From assembly GCA_041908445.1 (NCBI GenBank), contig JAYRFK010000023.1:7161-71160 (forward strand): DNA of 64,000 nt, written 5' to 3'. The DNA comes from Acidimicrobiales bacterium (GTDB lineage Bacteria; Actinomycetota; Acidimicrobiia; Acidimicrobiales; DATDAH01). The notes under the pieces are model-generated. The model had not been told where the DNA came from. It saw nothing but the letters and a program-made list of their open reading frames with translations, and did not search any database. The translations under genes and the position numbers were made by a program. Below are positions 52,536 to 62,895 of the stretch, piece after piece (the first letter of the stretch is position 1; each line of letters opens with the position of its first letter).

Positions 52536-53423
52536 GTGGCGCCGACGTTCCACCTCTACCTGCCCCAGATGCGCCTGGCGGTCGACGCCATCGCCGAGCG
52601 GGCGGTGGCAGCCGAGGCCGCCGGCTTCGAGGGCATCGCCTTCATGGACCACCTGGCCCCGCCCCTCGCCCTCGACCAGCCCATGTGGGACGCCATGGCG
52701 GTGGCGACCTTGGCGTTGGCCCGAACGTCCACGCTGCAGGTCGGCCACCTCGTGCTCTGCGACGCGTTCCGCCACCCGGCGGTGCTGGCCCGGGAGGTCA
52801 CCACCCTCGACCACGCGTCGGGCGGCCGCTTCGAGCTCGGCATCGGCTGGGGCTCGGTCCCGACCGAGTTCACGACCTTCGGCGTCGGCTCGACCGAGCC
52901 CCGCGATCGGGTCTCCCGCCTCGGGGAGTCGCTGGCCATCCTGCGCGGCCTCTGGTCGGGCGAGCCGGTCGACCACGCCGGCGACCACTTCACCCTCGCC
53001 GGCGCCCAGCAGCGCCCCACCCCCACCCGGCCCATCCCCATCACCATCGGCGGCGTCGGCCGCCGCACCCTCGCGCTCGTCCGCGAGCACGCCGACTGGT
53101 GGAACGTGCCCATCCACCAACTCGACCGGGTGGACGAGCTGCGGGACCAGGCCGGCGACGCCCGCCTGTCGGCCCAGACCATGGTCGCCTTCGCCCCCGA
53201 CGCCGCCGACCGCGACGAGGTGGAGGCCGCCGCCCGTCGGCGCTTCGCCGGCACCCAGATGGGCGAGCGCCTCGTGGCCGGCACCGCCGACGAGCTCGCC
53301 GCCCACTTCGCCGAGCAGCACGCCGGCGGCGTGGACCGCTTCTACGTCTGGTTCGCCGATTTCGCCCCGGTCGACACGATCGCCGGCTTCGGCGCCGTCG
53401 TCGCCGCCCTCGCCGCCCGCTGA
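52536..53423 (+). CDS. LLM-class F420-dependent oxidoreductase
   Basis: GTG 52536 follows GAGAGGAG. The product contains AAGFEGIAFMDHL and GGRFELGIGWGS, a luciferase-like pattern. Confidence 0.85.
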   Translation: MAPTFHLYLPQMRLAVDAIAERAVAAEAAGFEGIAFMDHLAPPLALDQPMWDAMAVATLALARTSTLQVGHLVLCDAFRHPAVLAREVTTLDHASGGRFELGIGWGSVPTEFTTFGVGSTEPRDRVSRLGESLAILRGLWSGEPVDHAGDHFTLAGAQQRPTPTRPIPITIGGVGRRTLALVREHADWWNVPIHQLDRVDELRDQAGDARLSAQTMVAFAPDAADRDEVEAAARRRFAGTQMGERLVAGTADELAAHFAEQHAGGVDRFYVWFADFAPVDTIAGFGAVVAALAAR

Positions 53424-53483
53424 TCGGCCGGGCGGGCCCGGCGGTAGGGTCGCGGGGTCTCGAGCGCAGGGGGAGCAGACGAC

Positions 53484-55217
<1,734 letters not shown>

Positions 55218-55281
55218 CGGCGCACCACTCACCGCCCCCGACCCGCCCCGACCCGCCCGAGAACCCAGGAGGCACGGCCCC

Positions 55282-56244
55282 GTGAGCGGCGCCCTCGACT
55301 ACGACCCCGCGCGCCGCCCGGCCCAGCCGGCCACGCCCGCCGCCGACGCGTTCACGATCCACCGCGCCGCGCTCTCGACCGGCGCCGAACTGGCCTTCGT
55401 CAACGAGGGCGCCGGCGGCACGCCGCTGCTGCTGATCCACGGCTGCCCGGAGACCAAGCGCCTCTGGTGGCGCAACATCGGGCCGCTCGCGGCGGCGGGC
55501 TTCGAGGTCATCGCCCCGGACCTGCGCGGCATCGGGGACAGCGCGCCCGCACCCGACGACGTCCACGACATCGCCGCCTACGCCAAGGACCTGCACGCCC
55601 TCGTGGCCGAGCACCTCGGCCACGACACCTGCGTCGTCGCGGCGGGCGACCTCGGCGGCGTGGTGGCGACCGACCTCATCCACCGCTACCCGGGCTTCGT
55701 CACCGGCAACTGCGCCTTCAACACGGTCCCGCCCATGGGCGCCGACTACGCCGGCGCCGGCCTCGACTTCGCCGACTTCAGCGCCCTCGGCCAGGGCCCG
55801 ACGGGCGACTACCGCGTGTGGCAGGGCGCCAGGCCCGACGAGCTCGCCGCCATCCTGAACACCCCCGAGGCCCGCCGGCTCTGGGTCGCCGGCGTGTTCC
55901 GCTCCCGCCTGTGGGCCTCGCCGGGCAGCTTCAGCGACGCCGAGGTCGACTTCCAGACCGAGCCCTTCGCCGACGAGGCCTGCCTGCGGGCGTCGTGGGC
56001 GCCGTACCAGATCGCCCACGGCCGCCCCATGTCCGAGCTGCCCCGGATGGCTGCCGTCGACGTCCCCACCCTGGTGCTCTACGGCGCCGACGACCACGTG
56101 ATCGGCCCCGACTTCCTGGTCTACGCCGAGGCCGCGTACACGAACCGCATCGGCCCCCTCGTGGTCGCCGGGGCCGGCCACTTCCTCCCCTGGGAGCGCG
56201 CCGACGTGTTCAACCGCCTCCTCCCCGCCGTCTTCAGCCCCTAG
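55282..56244 (+). CDS. alpha/beta hydrolase (epoxide hydrolase / haloacid-dehalogenase-like, Asp nucleophile)
   Basis: 320 aa with LLLIHGCPETKRLWWRNI and VVAAGDLGGVVA (Asp in the nucleophile elbow) and a C-terminal GAGHFLPWER. Confidence 0.8.
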   Translation: MSGALDYDPARRPAQPATPAADAFTIHRAALSTGAELAFVNEGAGGTPLLLIHGCPETKRLWWRNIGPLAAAGFEVIAPDLRGIGDSAPAPDDVHDIAAYAKDLHALVAEHLGHDTCVVAAGDLGGVVATDLIHRYPGFVTGNCAFNTVPPMGADYAGAGLDFADFSALGQGPTGDYRVWQGARPDELAAILNTPEARRLWVAGVFRSRLWASPGSFSDAEVDFQTEPFADEACLRASWAPYQIAHGRPMSELPRMAAVDVPTLVLYGADDHVIGPDFLVYAEAAYTNRIGPLVVAGAGHFLPWERADVFNRLLPAVFSP

Positions 56245-56373
56245 CGAAACCGGCCCCCGGCCCGACCGCTCCGCCCCGAGCGGGCTGCCCTATGCTCGCC
56301 GCCGCCGGCCCCCGCGGCCGGTCGCGGCAGGGGCGGCCGCGCCGAACGCAGAGCGAGCCGGGGGGTTCGAGCT

Positions 56374-57348
56374 TTGAGCACGGTGGTCGAGAGCACCATC
56401 ACCTTCCCCTACCAGCGGTCCCTCGGACCGGTGCTGGGGGCCTTCATGACCGCGCTCACCGAGGAGCGCTTCATCGGGATCCGCAACGGCGACCGGGTGC
56501 TGTGCCCGCCGCTCGAGTGGGACCCGGAGACCGGCGCCGAGCTCGCCCACGAGTTCGTCGACGTCGGCCCCGCCGGCACCGTCGAGTCGTGGTGCTGGGT
56601 GGCCGAGCCGTCCGAGCAGCACCCGCTCGCCCACCCCTTCGCCTTCGCCACCGTCCGCCTCGACGGCGCCGACACCGCACTGATCCACGCGGTCGACGCC
56701 GGGAGCCCCGACGCCATGAGCGTCGGCATGCGGGTGGCGCCGCGCTGGCGGGCCGAGCGCCGCGGCCACCTCACCGACCTCGAGGCCTTCATCCCCGGCG
56801 AGGAGCCCGTCCCGGGCGGGGGCGGCGGCGCCGACGAGCCGGTGACGATGATGGGCTACAACGCGTCGATCGCCTACACGACCCCGGTGCCCGACAACGT
56901 CGTGCGCTCCGAGGCCGCCGCCGCCGAGAGCCGGTTCCTCGGGCTGAAGTGCCCGATCTGCGACCGCACCTACACCGGTGGCCGGGGCTACTGCCCGGTC
57001 GACTCGATCGCGCTCACCACCGAGCACGAGATCGACCTGCCGCAGCAGGGCATCCTCACCAGCTACACGATCGTCACGCCCGTCCAGTACCCGGGCCAGA
57101 CCGAGACCGAGCCCTTCGCCCGGGTCCACGTGCTGCTCGAGGGCACCGACGTGGTGCTCAGCTACCAGGCCCTCGTCGACACGCCGAACGAGGACATCCG
57201 CACCGGCATGCGCCTCGCCCCCGTGTGGGCGTCGGCGGCCGAGCTGGAGGACGGCGCCGGCGACACCCGGGAGGCCGGCCTCATCGGCTGGATCCCCACC
57301 GGTGAGCCCGACGCCACCGACCCCGACCTCGTGAACCGGCTCTGCTGA
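56374..57348 (+). CDS. tandem DUF35/OB-fold protein (partner of the two following thiolase-like proteins)
   Basis: 324 aa with two OB-fold modules. The second is preceded by a Zn ribbon, KCPICDRTYTGGRGYCPVD. The start is probably TTG 56374 or GTG 56383. Confidence 0.75.
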   Translation: MSTVVESTITFPYQRSLGPVLGAFMTALTEERFIGIRNGDRVLCPPLEWDPETGAELAHEFVDVGPAGTVESWCWVAEPSEQHPLAHPFAFATVRLDGADTALIHAVDAGSPDAMSVGMRVAPRWRAERRGHLTDLEAFIPGEEPVPGGGGGADEPVTMMGYNASIAYTTPVPDNVVRSEAAAAESRFLGLKCPICDRTYTGGRGYCPVDSIALTTEHEIDLPQQGILTSYTIVTPVQYPGQTETEPFARVHVLLEGTDVVLSYQALVDTPNEDIRTGMRLAPVWASAAELEDGAGDTREAGLIGWIPTGEPDATDPDLVNRLC

Positions 57349-58472
57349 TGGCACTCGACCACGCACCGGGCGACCACCCGGACGACATCGCCATCATCGG
57401 GTGGGCCCAGACCCCGATGGTGCGCCACACCGACAAGACCGAGACCCAGCTCCTGCTCGAGGTCGTCACCGGCGCCCTCGACGACGCCGGCCTGACCCGG
57501 GCCGACGTGGGCTTCACGTGTGCCGGCAGCTGCGACTACGTGGCCGGCCAGGCCTTCTCGTTCGTCCAGAACACCGACGCCATCGGCGCCTGGCCCCCGA
57601 AGCGGGACAGCCACGTCGAGATGGACGGTGCCTGGGCCCTCTACGAGGCCTATGTGCGCCTCCTCCTCGGCGACGAGGTGGACGTGGCCCTGGCCATGGG
57701 GTCGGGCCGCTCGTCCACCGCCGACCCGGCGCTCATCTACCCGATGGAGATGGACCCCTTCTACCTGGCCCCGCTGGGTGCCGACGCCCTCAGCCTCGCC
57801 GCCCTGCAGGCCCAGGCGGTGCTCGCCGCCGGCGACATCACCGAGCGCCAGCTGGCCGAGATCGCGGTGCGCTGCCGCCGCGACGCCCAAGCCAACCCGT
57901 ACGCCCAGGTGAGCGGCGAGTTCGACGTCGACGCCCTCCTCGCCGAGGACGCGGTGCGGGCGCCGCTGCGCCGCCACGACCTGCCGCCCATAACCGACGG
58001 CGCCGCCGCGGTGGTGATCGCCCGGGCCGAGAAGGCGAAGGCGGTGTGCGAGCACCCGGTGTGGATCACCGGCATCGCCCACTGCGCCGAGCTGCACTAC
58101 CCGGGCATGCGGGACCTCACCCGGTCGCTCTCGGCCCGCAAGGCGGCCGAGGCCGCCGGCGTGCCCGACGGCCCGGTCGACGTGGCCGAGCTGCAGGCGG
58201 CGTTCACCCACGAGGAGCCCCTCCTCGTGGAGGCGCTCGAGCTGCACCCCACCGTCAGCGTGAACCCATCGGGCGGCCCGCTGGCGGCCAACCCGATCAT
58301 GGCCACCGGCCTCGTGCGCATCGCCGAGGCCGCCGCCGCCATCCGGGACCGCGGGGCGAGCCGCACCGTCGGCCACTCGACCTCGGGCCCGTGCCTCCAG
58401 CAGAACCTCGTGTGCGTCCTGGAAGCCGGGCCCGAGCGGCCCCACGGAGCGGGACAGGGAGGTCGGGCATGA
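57348..58472 (+). CDS. thiolase-like lipid-transfer protein (Ltp4-like)
   Basis: 374 aa. ATG overlaps the upstream TGA (TGATG). It has a thiolase-superfamily layout (IAIIGWAQTP..., ...NPSGGPLAANPIMATGL). Confidence 0.8.
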   Translation: MALDHAPGDHPDDIAIIGWAQTPMVRHTDKTETQLLLEVVTGALDDAGLTRADVGFTCAGSCDYVAGQAFSFVQNTDAIGAWPPKRDSHVEMDGAWALYEAYVRLLLGDEVDVALAMGSGRSSTADPALIYPMEMDPFYLAPLGADALSLAALQAQAVLAAGDITERQLAEIAVRCRRDAQANPYAQVSGEFDVDALLAEDAVRAPLRRHDLPPITDGAAAVVIARAEKAKAVCEHPVWITGIAHCAELHYPGMRDLTRSLSARKAAEAAGVPDGPVDVAELQAAFTHEEPLLVEALELHPTVSVNPSGGPLAANPIMATGLVRIAEAAAAIRDRGASRTVGHSTSGPCLQQNLVCVLEAGPERPHGAGQGGRA

Positions 58473-59635
58473 GCCATGCACCCGCCGCCATCGTCGGCAT
58501 CGGCCAGACCCACCACAAGAAGAAGCGGTGGGACGTGTCCCTTGGCGGCCTCGTCCGTGAGGCCGCCCGCCGGGCCCTCGACGACGCCCAGATGGACTGG
58601 GGCGACATCGACGCCGTGGTCATCGGCAAGGCGCCCGACCTCTTCGAGGGCGTCATGAAGCCCGAGCTCTACCTGACCGACGCCCTCGGCGCCCACGGCA
58701 AGCCCATGTTCCGGGTCCACACCGCCGGCTCGGTCGGTGGCACCACCGGCATCGTGGCCAGCCACCTCGTCGAGACCGGTCGGCACCGCCGCGTGCTGGC
58801 CGTCGGCTACCAGAAGCAGTCGGAGGGCAACGCCCAGTTCGCCCTCGGCTCGGGAAAGGGCGCCTCCCTCGGCGCCGGCGGCGCGTTCGCCCCGTTCATC
58901 CGCTCGTACATCCACCGGTCCGGCGCCCCGCTCGACGTCGGCCCGATGGTGGCGGTGAAGGACCGGCAGAACGCCCTGAAGAACCCGTACGCCCACCTGC
59001 GCCTCGAGGACATCTCCATCGACTCGGTGAAGGCGTCGCCGATGATGTGGGACCCGCTGCACTTCCTCGAGTCGTGCCCGTCGTCCGACGGTGCCTGCGC
59101 CATGGTGTTCACCGACCAGGCCGGCGGCGAGGCCGCAGCCGCCGACGGGCGCCCGCCGGCGTGGGTGCTCGGGTCGGCCATGCGCTCCGAGCCCTTCGGC
59201 TTCCCCGGCCGCGACCCCGTGCTGCCCCAGGGCGCGGCCGACTGCGCCGAGGACGTCTACGCCCAGGTCGGCATCACCCGGCCCCGCGAGCAGATCGACT
59301 GCGCCGAGCTCTACGTGCCGTTCTCCTGGTACGAGCCGATGTGGCTCGAGGCTCACCACCTGGCCGGGCCGGGCGAGGGCTGGCAGCTCGTGGAGTCGGG
59401 CGCGACCGCGCTCGACGGCTCGTTCCCGGTGAACATGTCGGGCGGCGTGCTGTCCTCGAACCCCATCGGCGCCTCGGGCCTGCTGCGGTTCGCGGAGGCG
59501 GCGCTCCAGGTCCGCGGCATGGCCGGTGAGCACCAGGTCGACGGCGCCAAGGTGGCCGTCGCGCAGGCCTACGGGGCGTCCGCGCAGTACTTCAGCATGT
59601 GGGTGGTGGGAGCCAGCCTCGATCCCTTCGGCTGA
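58469..59635 (+). CDS. thiolase-like lipid-transfer protein (Ltp3-like, no Cys at the nucleophile position)
   Basis: ATG 58469 overlaps the upstream stop (ATGA). The 388-aa product begins AAIVGIGQTHHKKK. It has HTAGSVGGTTG where thiolases carry C-A-S-G, and also NMSGGVLSSNPIGASGL. Confidence 0.8.
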   Translation: MSHAPAAIVGIGQTHHKKKRWDVSLGGLVREAARRALDDAQMDWGDIDAVVIGKAPDLFEGVMKPELYLTDALGAHGKPMFRVHTAGSVGGTTGIVASHLVETGRHRRVLAVGYQKQSEGNAQFALGSGKGASLGAGGAFAPFIRSYIHRSGAPLDVGPMVAVKDRQNALKNPYAHLRLEDISIDSVKASPMMWDPLHFLESCPSSDGACAMVFTDQAGGEAAAADGRPPAWVLGSAMRSEPFGFPGRDPVLPQGAADCAEDVYAQVGITRPREQIDCAELYVPFSWYEPMWLEAHHLAGPGEGWQLVESGATALDGSFPVNMSGGVLSSNPIGASGLLRFAEAALQVRGMAGEHQVDGAKVAVAQAYGASAQYFSMWVVGASLDPFG

Positions 59636-59723
59636 GCCCGCGGGGCACCTCCCGGTCGGCCATGATGTCCAACGCCGAGGCGGCCCACCTGTGGCCGACC
59701 GCACCGAGCCGGGGAGAACCACC

Positions 59724-60938
59724 GTGGGACTGATGGACAAGCTCAAGGGCGAACTCGTCGACATCATCGAGTGGGTCGACGACTCGCGCTCGACGCTGGC
59801 GTGGCGGTTCCCCCGCTATCAGAACGAGATCAAGAACGGCGCCCAGCTGATCGTCCGTGAGGGCCAGCGGGCGGTGTTCGTGTACCGGGGCCAGCTGGCC
59901 GACTCGTTCCAGCCCGGCAACTACGAGCTGAAGACCGAGAACCTGCCCATCCTCGGCACCCTGCAGGGCTGGAAGCACGGCTTCAACAGCCCGTTCCGCA
60001 GCGAGGTCTACTTCCTCAACACCCGCCCGGTCACCGACCTGCTCTGGGGTACGCCGCAGCCCGTCACCGTGCGCGACCCCGACTTCAAGATGGTGCAGGT
60101 CCGGGCCAACGGCATGTGCGTGGTGAAGATCGCCGACCCCGAGGTGTTCCTGCGCGAGGTCATCGGCACCGACAGCGCGGTCGAGATCGACGAGATCACC
60201 GAGCTCCTGCGCCGGGTGATCGCCCTGGCCTTCGCCGACATGGTCACCGAGTCGAAGCTCGGCGCCATCGACCTCCAGGGCCACCAGATCGAGCTGGCCG
60301 ACAAGCTGCGCGAGTTCGTGGCCGAGCGGGTCGACGACGAGTACGGCCTCGCCATCGACTCCATCACCATGACCATCTCGCTGCCCGACGAGATCACCCA
60401 GGCCATGACCCGCGGCGTGGCCCGTGGCGTCGAGCAGGCCGGCTACCTCGACAACGTCGGCCCCATGGACCGCCTCCAGCAGGGTGCCGCCGCCGAGGCC
60501 ATGGTCGCCGCGGCCAACAACCCGGCCGGCAGCGCCATGGGCGACATGATGCAGATGGGCATGGGCGTGGCCATGGCCGGCCAGATGGCCAACCAGATGG
60601 GCGCGGCCATGAACCCGCCCGCCGGCGGTGCCGGTGGCGGTGCGGCCGCGCCGCCGCCGCTGCCCGGCCAGGCGCTCTACCACGTGGAGATGGGCGGGCA
60701 GTCGTCCGGCCCGTTCAGCGTCGACCAGATCCGTGCCGGCGTGGCCAACGGCCAGGTCAACGCGCAGACCCTGGTGTGGACCGAGGGCATGGCGGCGTGG
60801 TCCGCGGCCGCCACGGTGCCCGCGCTCGCCCCGCTGTTCTCCACCCCGCCCCCGATGCCGCCCAGCGGTGGCACCCCACCGCCGCCGCCTCCGGCCCCAC
60901 CGGCCCCGCCGGCGCCGCCGACCCCGCCGGCGGGCTGA
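59724..60938 (+). CDS. SPFH/Band-7 (YdjI / virion-core-like) protein with C-terminal GYF_2 domain and polyproline tail
   Basis: GTG 59724 follows GGGGAGA. The product begins VGLMDKLKGELVDIIEWVDD and continues with an SPFH-like core. Next come a Met/Gly/Ala-rich linker, the GYF_2-like stretch YHVEMGGQSSGPFSVDQIRAGVANGQVNAQTLVWTEGMAAWSAA, and then PPPMPPSGGTPPPPPPAPPAPPAPPTPPAG. Confidence 0.8.
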   Translation: MGLMDKLKGELVDIIEWVDDSRSTLAWRFPRYQNEIKNGAQLIVREGQRAVFVYRGQLADSFQPGNYELKTENLPILGTLQGWKHGFNSPFRSEVYFLNTRPVTDLLWGTPQPVTVRDPDFKMVQVRANGMCVVKIADPEVFLREVIGTDSAVEIDEITELLRRVIALAFADMVTESKLGAIDLQGHQIELADKLREFVAERVDDEYGLAIDSITMTISLPDEITQAMTRGVARGVEQAGYLDNVGPMDRLQQGAAAEAMVAAANNPAGSAMGDMMQMGMGVAMAGQMANQMGAAMNPPAGGAGGGAAAPPPLPGQALYHVEMGGQSSGPFSVDQIRAGVANGQVNAQTLVWTEGMAAWSAAATVPALAPLFSTPPPMPPSGGTPPPPPPAPPAPPAPPTPPAG

Positions 60939-61125
60939 GCGGTGAGCGACCAGCCGACGCCCCCACCCGTGCCCGGCGCGCCTCCGCCGCCGGCGGCGGC
61001 GGCGCCCCCGCCCCCGCCGCCTCCACCTCCCCCTCCCCCGCCGCCCGTGGCCACCGCGCCGCCGCCGGTCCCACCGGTCCCTCCCGCCGCCGCGCCCACC
61101 GCCCCGGCACCGGTCGTGCCCGACC
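60841..61125 (+). repeat. CCN-rich low-complexity tract encoding polyproline on both sides of a gene junction
   Basis: The tract encodes ...PPPMPPSGGTPPPPPPAPPAPPAPPTPPAG-TGA-gcg-GTG-SDQPTPPPVPGAPPPPAAAAPPPPPPPPPPPPPPVATAPPPVPPVPP... Confidence 0.8.
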
Positions 61126-62225
61126 CGGCGCTGCACCACGTCACCGAGCAGACCCGCACCTACCCCTGCCCGAGTTGCGGCGCCGAGCTGGTGTTCGACA
61201 TCGCCAAGCAGAAGCTGGGCTGCCCGTCGTGCGGCCACACCCAGGACATCGTCGAGACCGCCGGCAAGGCCGTGGTCGAACGGGACCTGCACGCGGCCAT
61301 GGACTCGCTGCGCTCCGGTGCCGCCAGCCGGGTGAGCCAGCGCATCGAGGGTGAGAAGGAGGTCGTCTGCCAGAACTGCGGCGGCCACACCACCTTCACC
61401 GGCAGCCTCACCTCCACCCGCTGCCCCTACTGCGCCACGCCCATCCAGCGCGAGGACGTGCACGAGGCCCCCGACCGGCTCACGGTCGACGGCGTGCTCC
61501 CCTTCCAGGTCGACGACCAGCGGGCCACGGCCGCCATCGACGGCTGGATCAAGTCCCGCTGGATGGCCCCCCGGGAGTTCAAGAAGTACCACCAGAAGGG
61601 CTCGTTCACGAGCGTCTACGCGGCGTACTTCACCTACGACGCCCAGACCCAGAGCCACTACCGGGGCCAGCGCGGCGACGACTACACGGTCACGGTCGGC
61701 AGCGGGAACAACCGCCGCACGGAGACGCGCACCCGCTGGCACAACGTCGACGGATGGGTCCAGAACCACTTCGACGACCTCACCGTGCTCGCCAACGACG
61801 GCTTCGACCCGAAGCACGTCCACAACCTCGAGCCGTGGCCCACCACCTCGTCGCAGCCCTTCTCCCCCGAGTACATCGCCGGCCACCTGTGCCGCACCTA
61901 CGACAAGGACGTCGGCGAGTGCTTCGGCGAGGCGAAGGGCCGGATGGACGCCACGATCCAGGAGACGATCCGGCGCGACATCGGGGGCGACAAGCAGCGC
62001 ATCGACCAGGTGAACACCGACTACCAGGGGCTCACCTTCAAGCACCTGCTGCTGCCCATCTGGCTGCTGACCATCCGCTACAGCGGCAAGCCGTACCAGA
62101 CCTTCATCAACGGCGCGACCGGCGAGGTCCACGGCCAGTACCCGTGGAGCAAGGTCAAGATCGCGCTGCTGGTGATCGCCGCGCTCATCGTCGTCGGCAT
62201 CCTCGTCGCGATCTTCGCGGGGTAG
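60942..62225 (+). CDS. polyproline-headed, double zinc-ribbon, tail-anchored membrane protein (YdjG-like?)
   Basis: 427 aa. The ~65-aa Pro-rich N-terminus is followed by CPSCGAELVF..CPSCGHT and CQNCGGHTTF..CPYCATP. After an unassigned ~250-aa domain comes the C-terminal TM helix IALLVIAALIVVGILVAIFAG. It lies in the same frame as the previous ORF, 3 nt after its TGA. Confidence 0.7.
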   Translation: MSDQPTPPPVPGAPPPPAAAAPPPPPPPPPPPPPPVATAPPPVPPVPPAAAPTAPAPVVPDPALHHVTEQTRTYPCPSCGAELVFDIAKQKLGCPSCGHTQDIVETAGKAVVERDLHAAMDSLRSGAASRVSQRIEGEKEVVCQNCGGHTTFTGSLTSTRCPYCATPIQREDVHEAPDRLTVDGVLPFQVDDQRATAAIDGWIKSRWMAPREFKKYHQKGSFTSVYAAYFTYDAQTQSHYRGQRGDDYTVTVGSGNNRRTETRTRWHNVDGWVQNHFDDLTVLANDGFDPKHVHNLEPWPTTSSQPFSPEYIAGHLCRTYDKDVGECFGEAKGRMDATIQETIRRDIGGDKQRIDQVNTDYQGLTFKHLLLPIWLLTIRYSGKPYQTFINGATGEVHGQYPWSKVKIALLVIAALIVVGILVAIFAG

Positions 62226-62235
62226 GCCGCCACCC

Positions 62236-62841
62236 GTGAGCCTGGTGCTGCTCGCCGGGGCCCTCGTCGTGGCCGCAGCCGTCGTGGGCGCGGTGGTGCT
62301 CGCCGTGCAGTCGCGCCGCCAGTACCGGGCCGCCAACCAGGTGATCCCCGGGCGCACCACCAACGCGCCCGCGTCGTGGGCCGGCGCCCACACGCCCGAG
62401 GCCCGGCTGCACCGGCGGTTGGTGGACGTGGTCGCCGCGCTCCGGGCCCACCCCCTGCTCGAGGAGGGGACGGGCCGGCTCGAGGCGCGCGTCGCGCTCG
62501 AGGAGCAGGTGGCCGCCATCGACGAGCAGCTGGTCGCGGTGGCGGCGCTGCCCGAGAACGTACGGGCGGAGCCCCTCGCCGGCGTCGAACGCCAGGTCGC
62601 CGCGGTCGAGCAGGCCGCCGCCACCCTCGCCGGCGTGGGCAGCGGGGTCCCCGGCGGGCCCGAAGCGATCGAGCAGCAGGTCGACGACGTGCGCCGCCAG
62701 CTCGACGACCTCGCCCGGATCCGAGCCGAGCTCGACGCCACCCCGCCGACGATGCCGCCGCCGCCCGCCCCGGCTCCTGCGCCCGGTGCGGCCCCCGAGA
62801 CACCGCCGGCGCCGCCGGCGCCACGGGCGGAACCCGGCTGA
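62236..62841 (+). CDS. hypothetical N-terminally anchored coiled-coil protein with polyproline tail
   Basis: 201 aa. The TM helix is VSLVLLAGALVVAAAVVGAVVLAV, followed by QSRRQYR. A long Ala/Glu/Leu/Val/Gln-rich helical region follows, ending PPTMPPPPAPAPAPGAAPETPPAPPAPRAEPG. No family recognised. Confidence 0.55.
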   Translation: MSLVLLAGALVVAAAVVGAVVLAVQSRRQYRAANQVIPGRTTNAPASWAGAHTPEARLHRRLVDVVAALRAHPLLEEGTGRLEARVALEEQVAAIDEQLVAVAALPENVRAEPLAGVERQVAAVEQAAATLAGVGSGVPGGPEAIEQQVDDVRRQLDDLARIRAELDATPPTMPPPPAPAPAPGAAPETPPAPPAPRAEPG

Positions 62842-62895
62842 GCCCGTCGGCGCCCCGTCCTCAGCCGCCTCCGACACGGGGTAGCGTCGAACGCG

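Noticed and set aside
56346-56375. GGGGGTTCGAGC stretch that resembles a tRNA T-arm.
   Set aside because: No acceptor, D or anticodon arms can be folded around it. It lies immediately before and serves as the likely RBS region of the DUF35 gene. No tRNA, rRNA or tmRNA-like sequence was found anywhere in the window.
60936-60938. The in-frame TGA considered as a selenocysteine codon.
   Set aside because: No SECIS-like hairpin is evident immediately downstream, no selenoprotein context exists, and a GTG start follows 3 nt later. I kept it only as a fission/read-through question.
60841-61125. Highly repetitive CCG/CCN tract considered as a CRISPR array or non-coding tandem repeat.
   Set aside because: There is no repeat-spacer periodicity. 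The tract is in frame in two good ORFs and simply encodes polyproline/alanine linkers.
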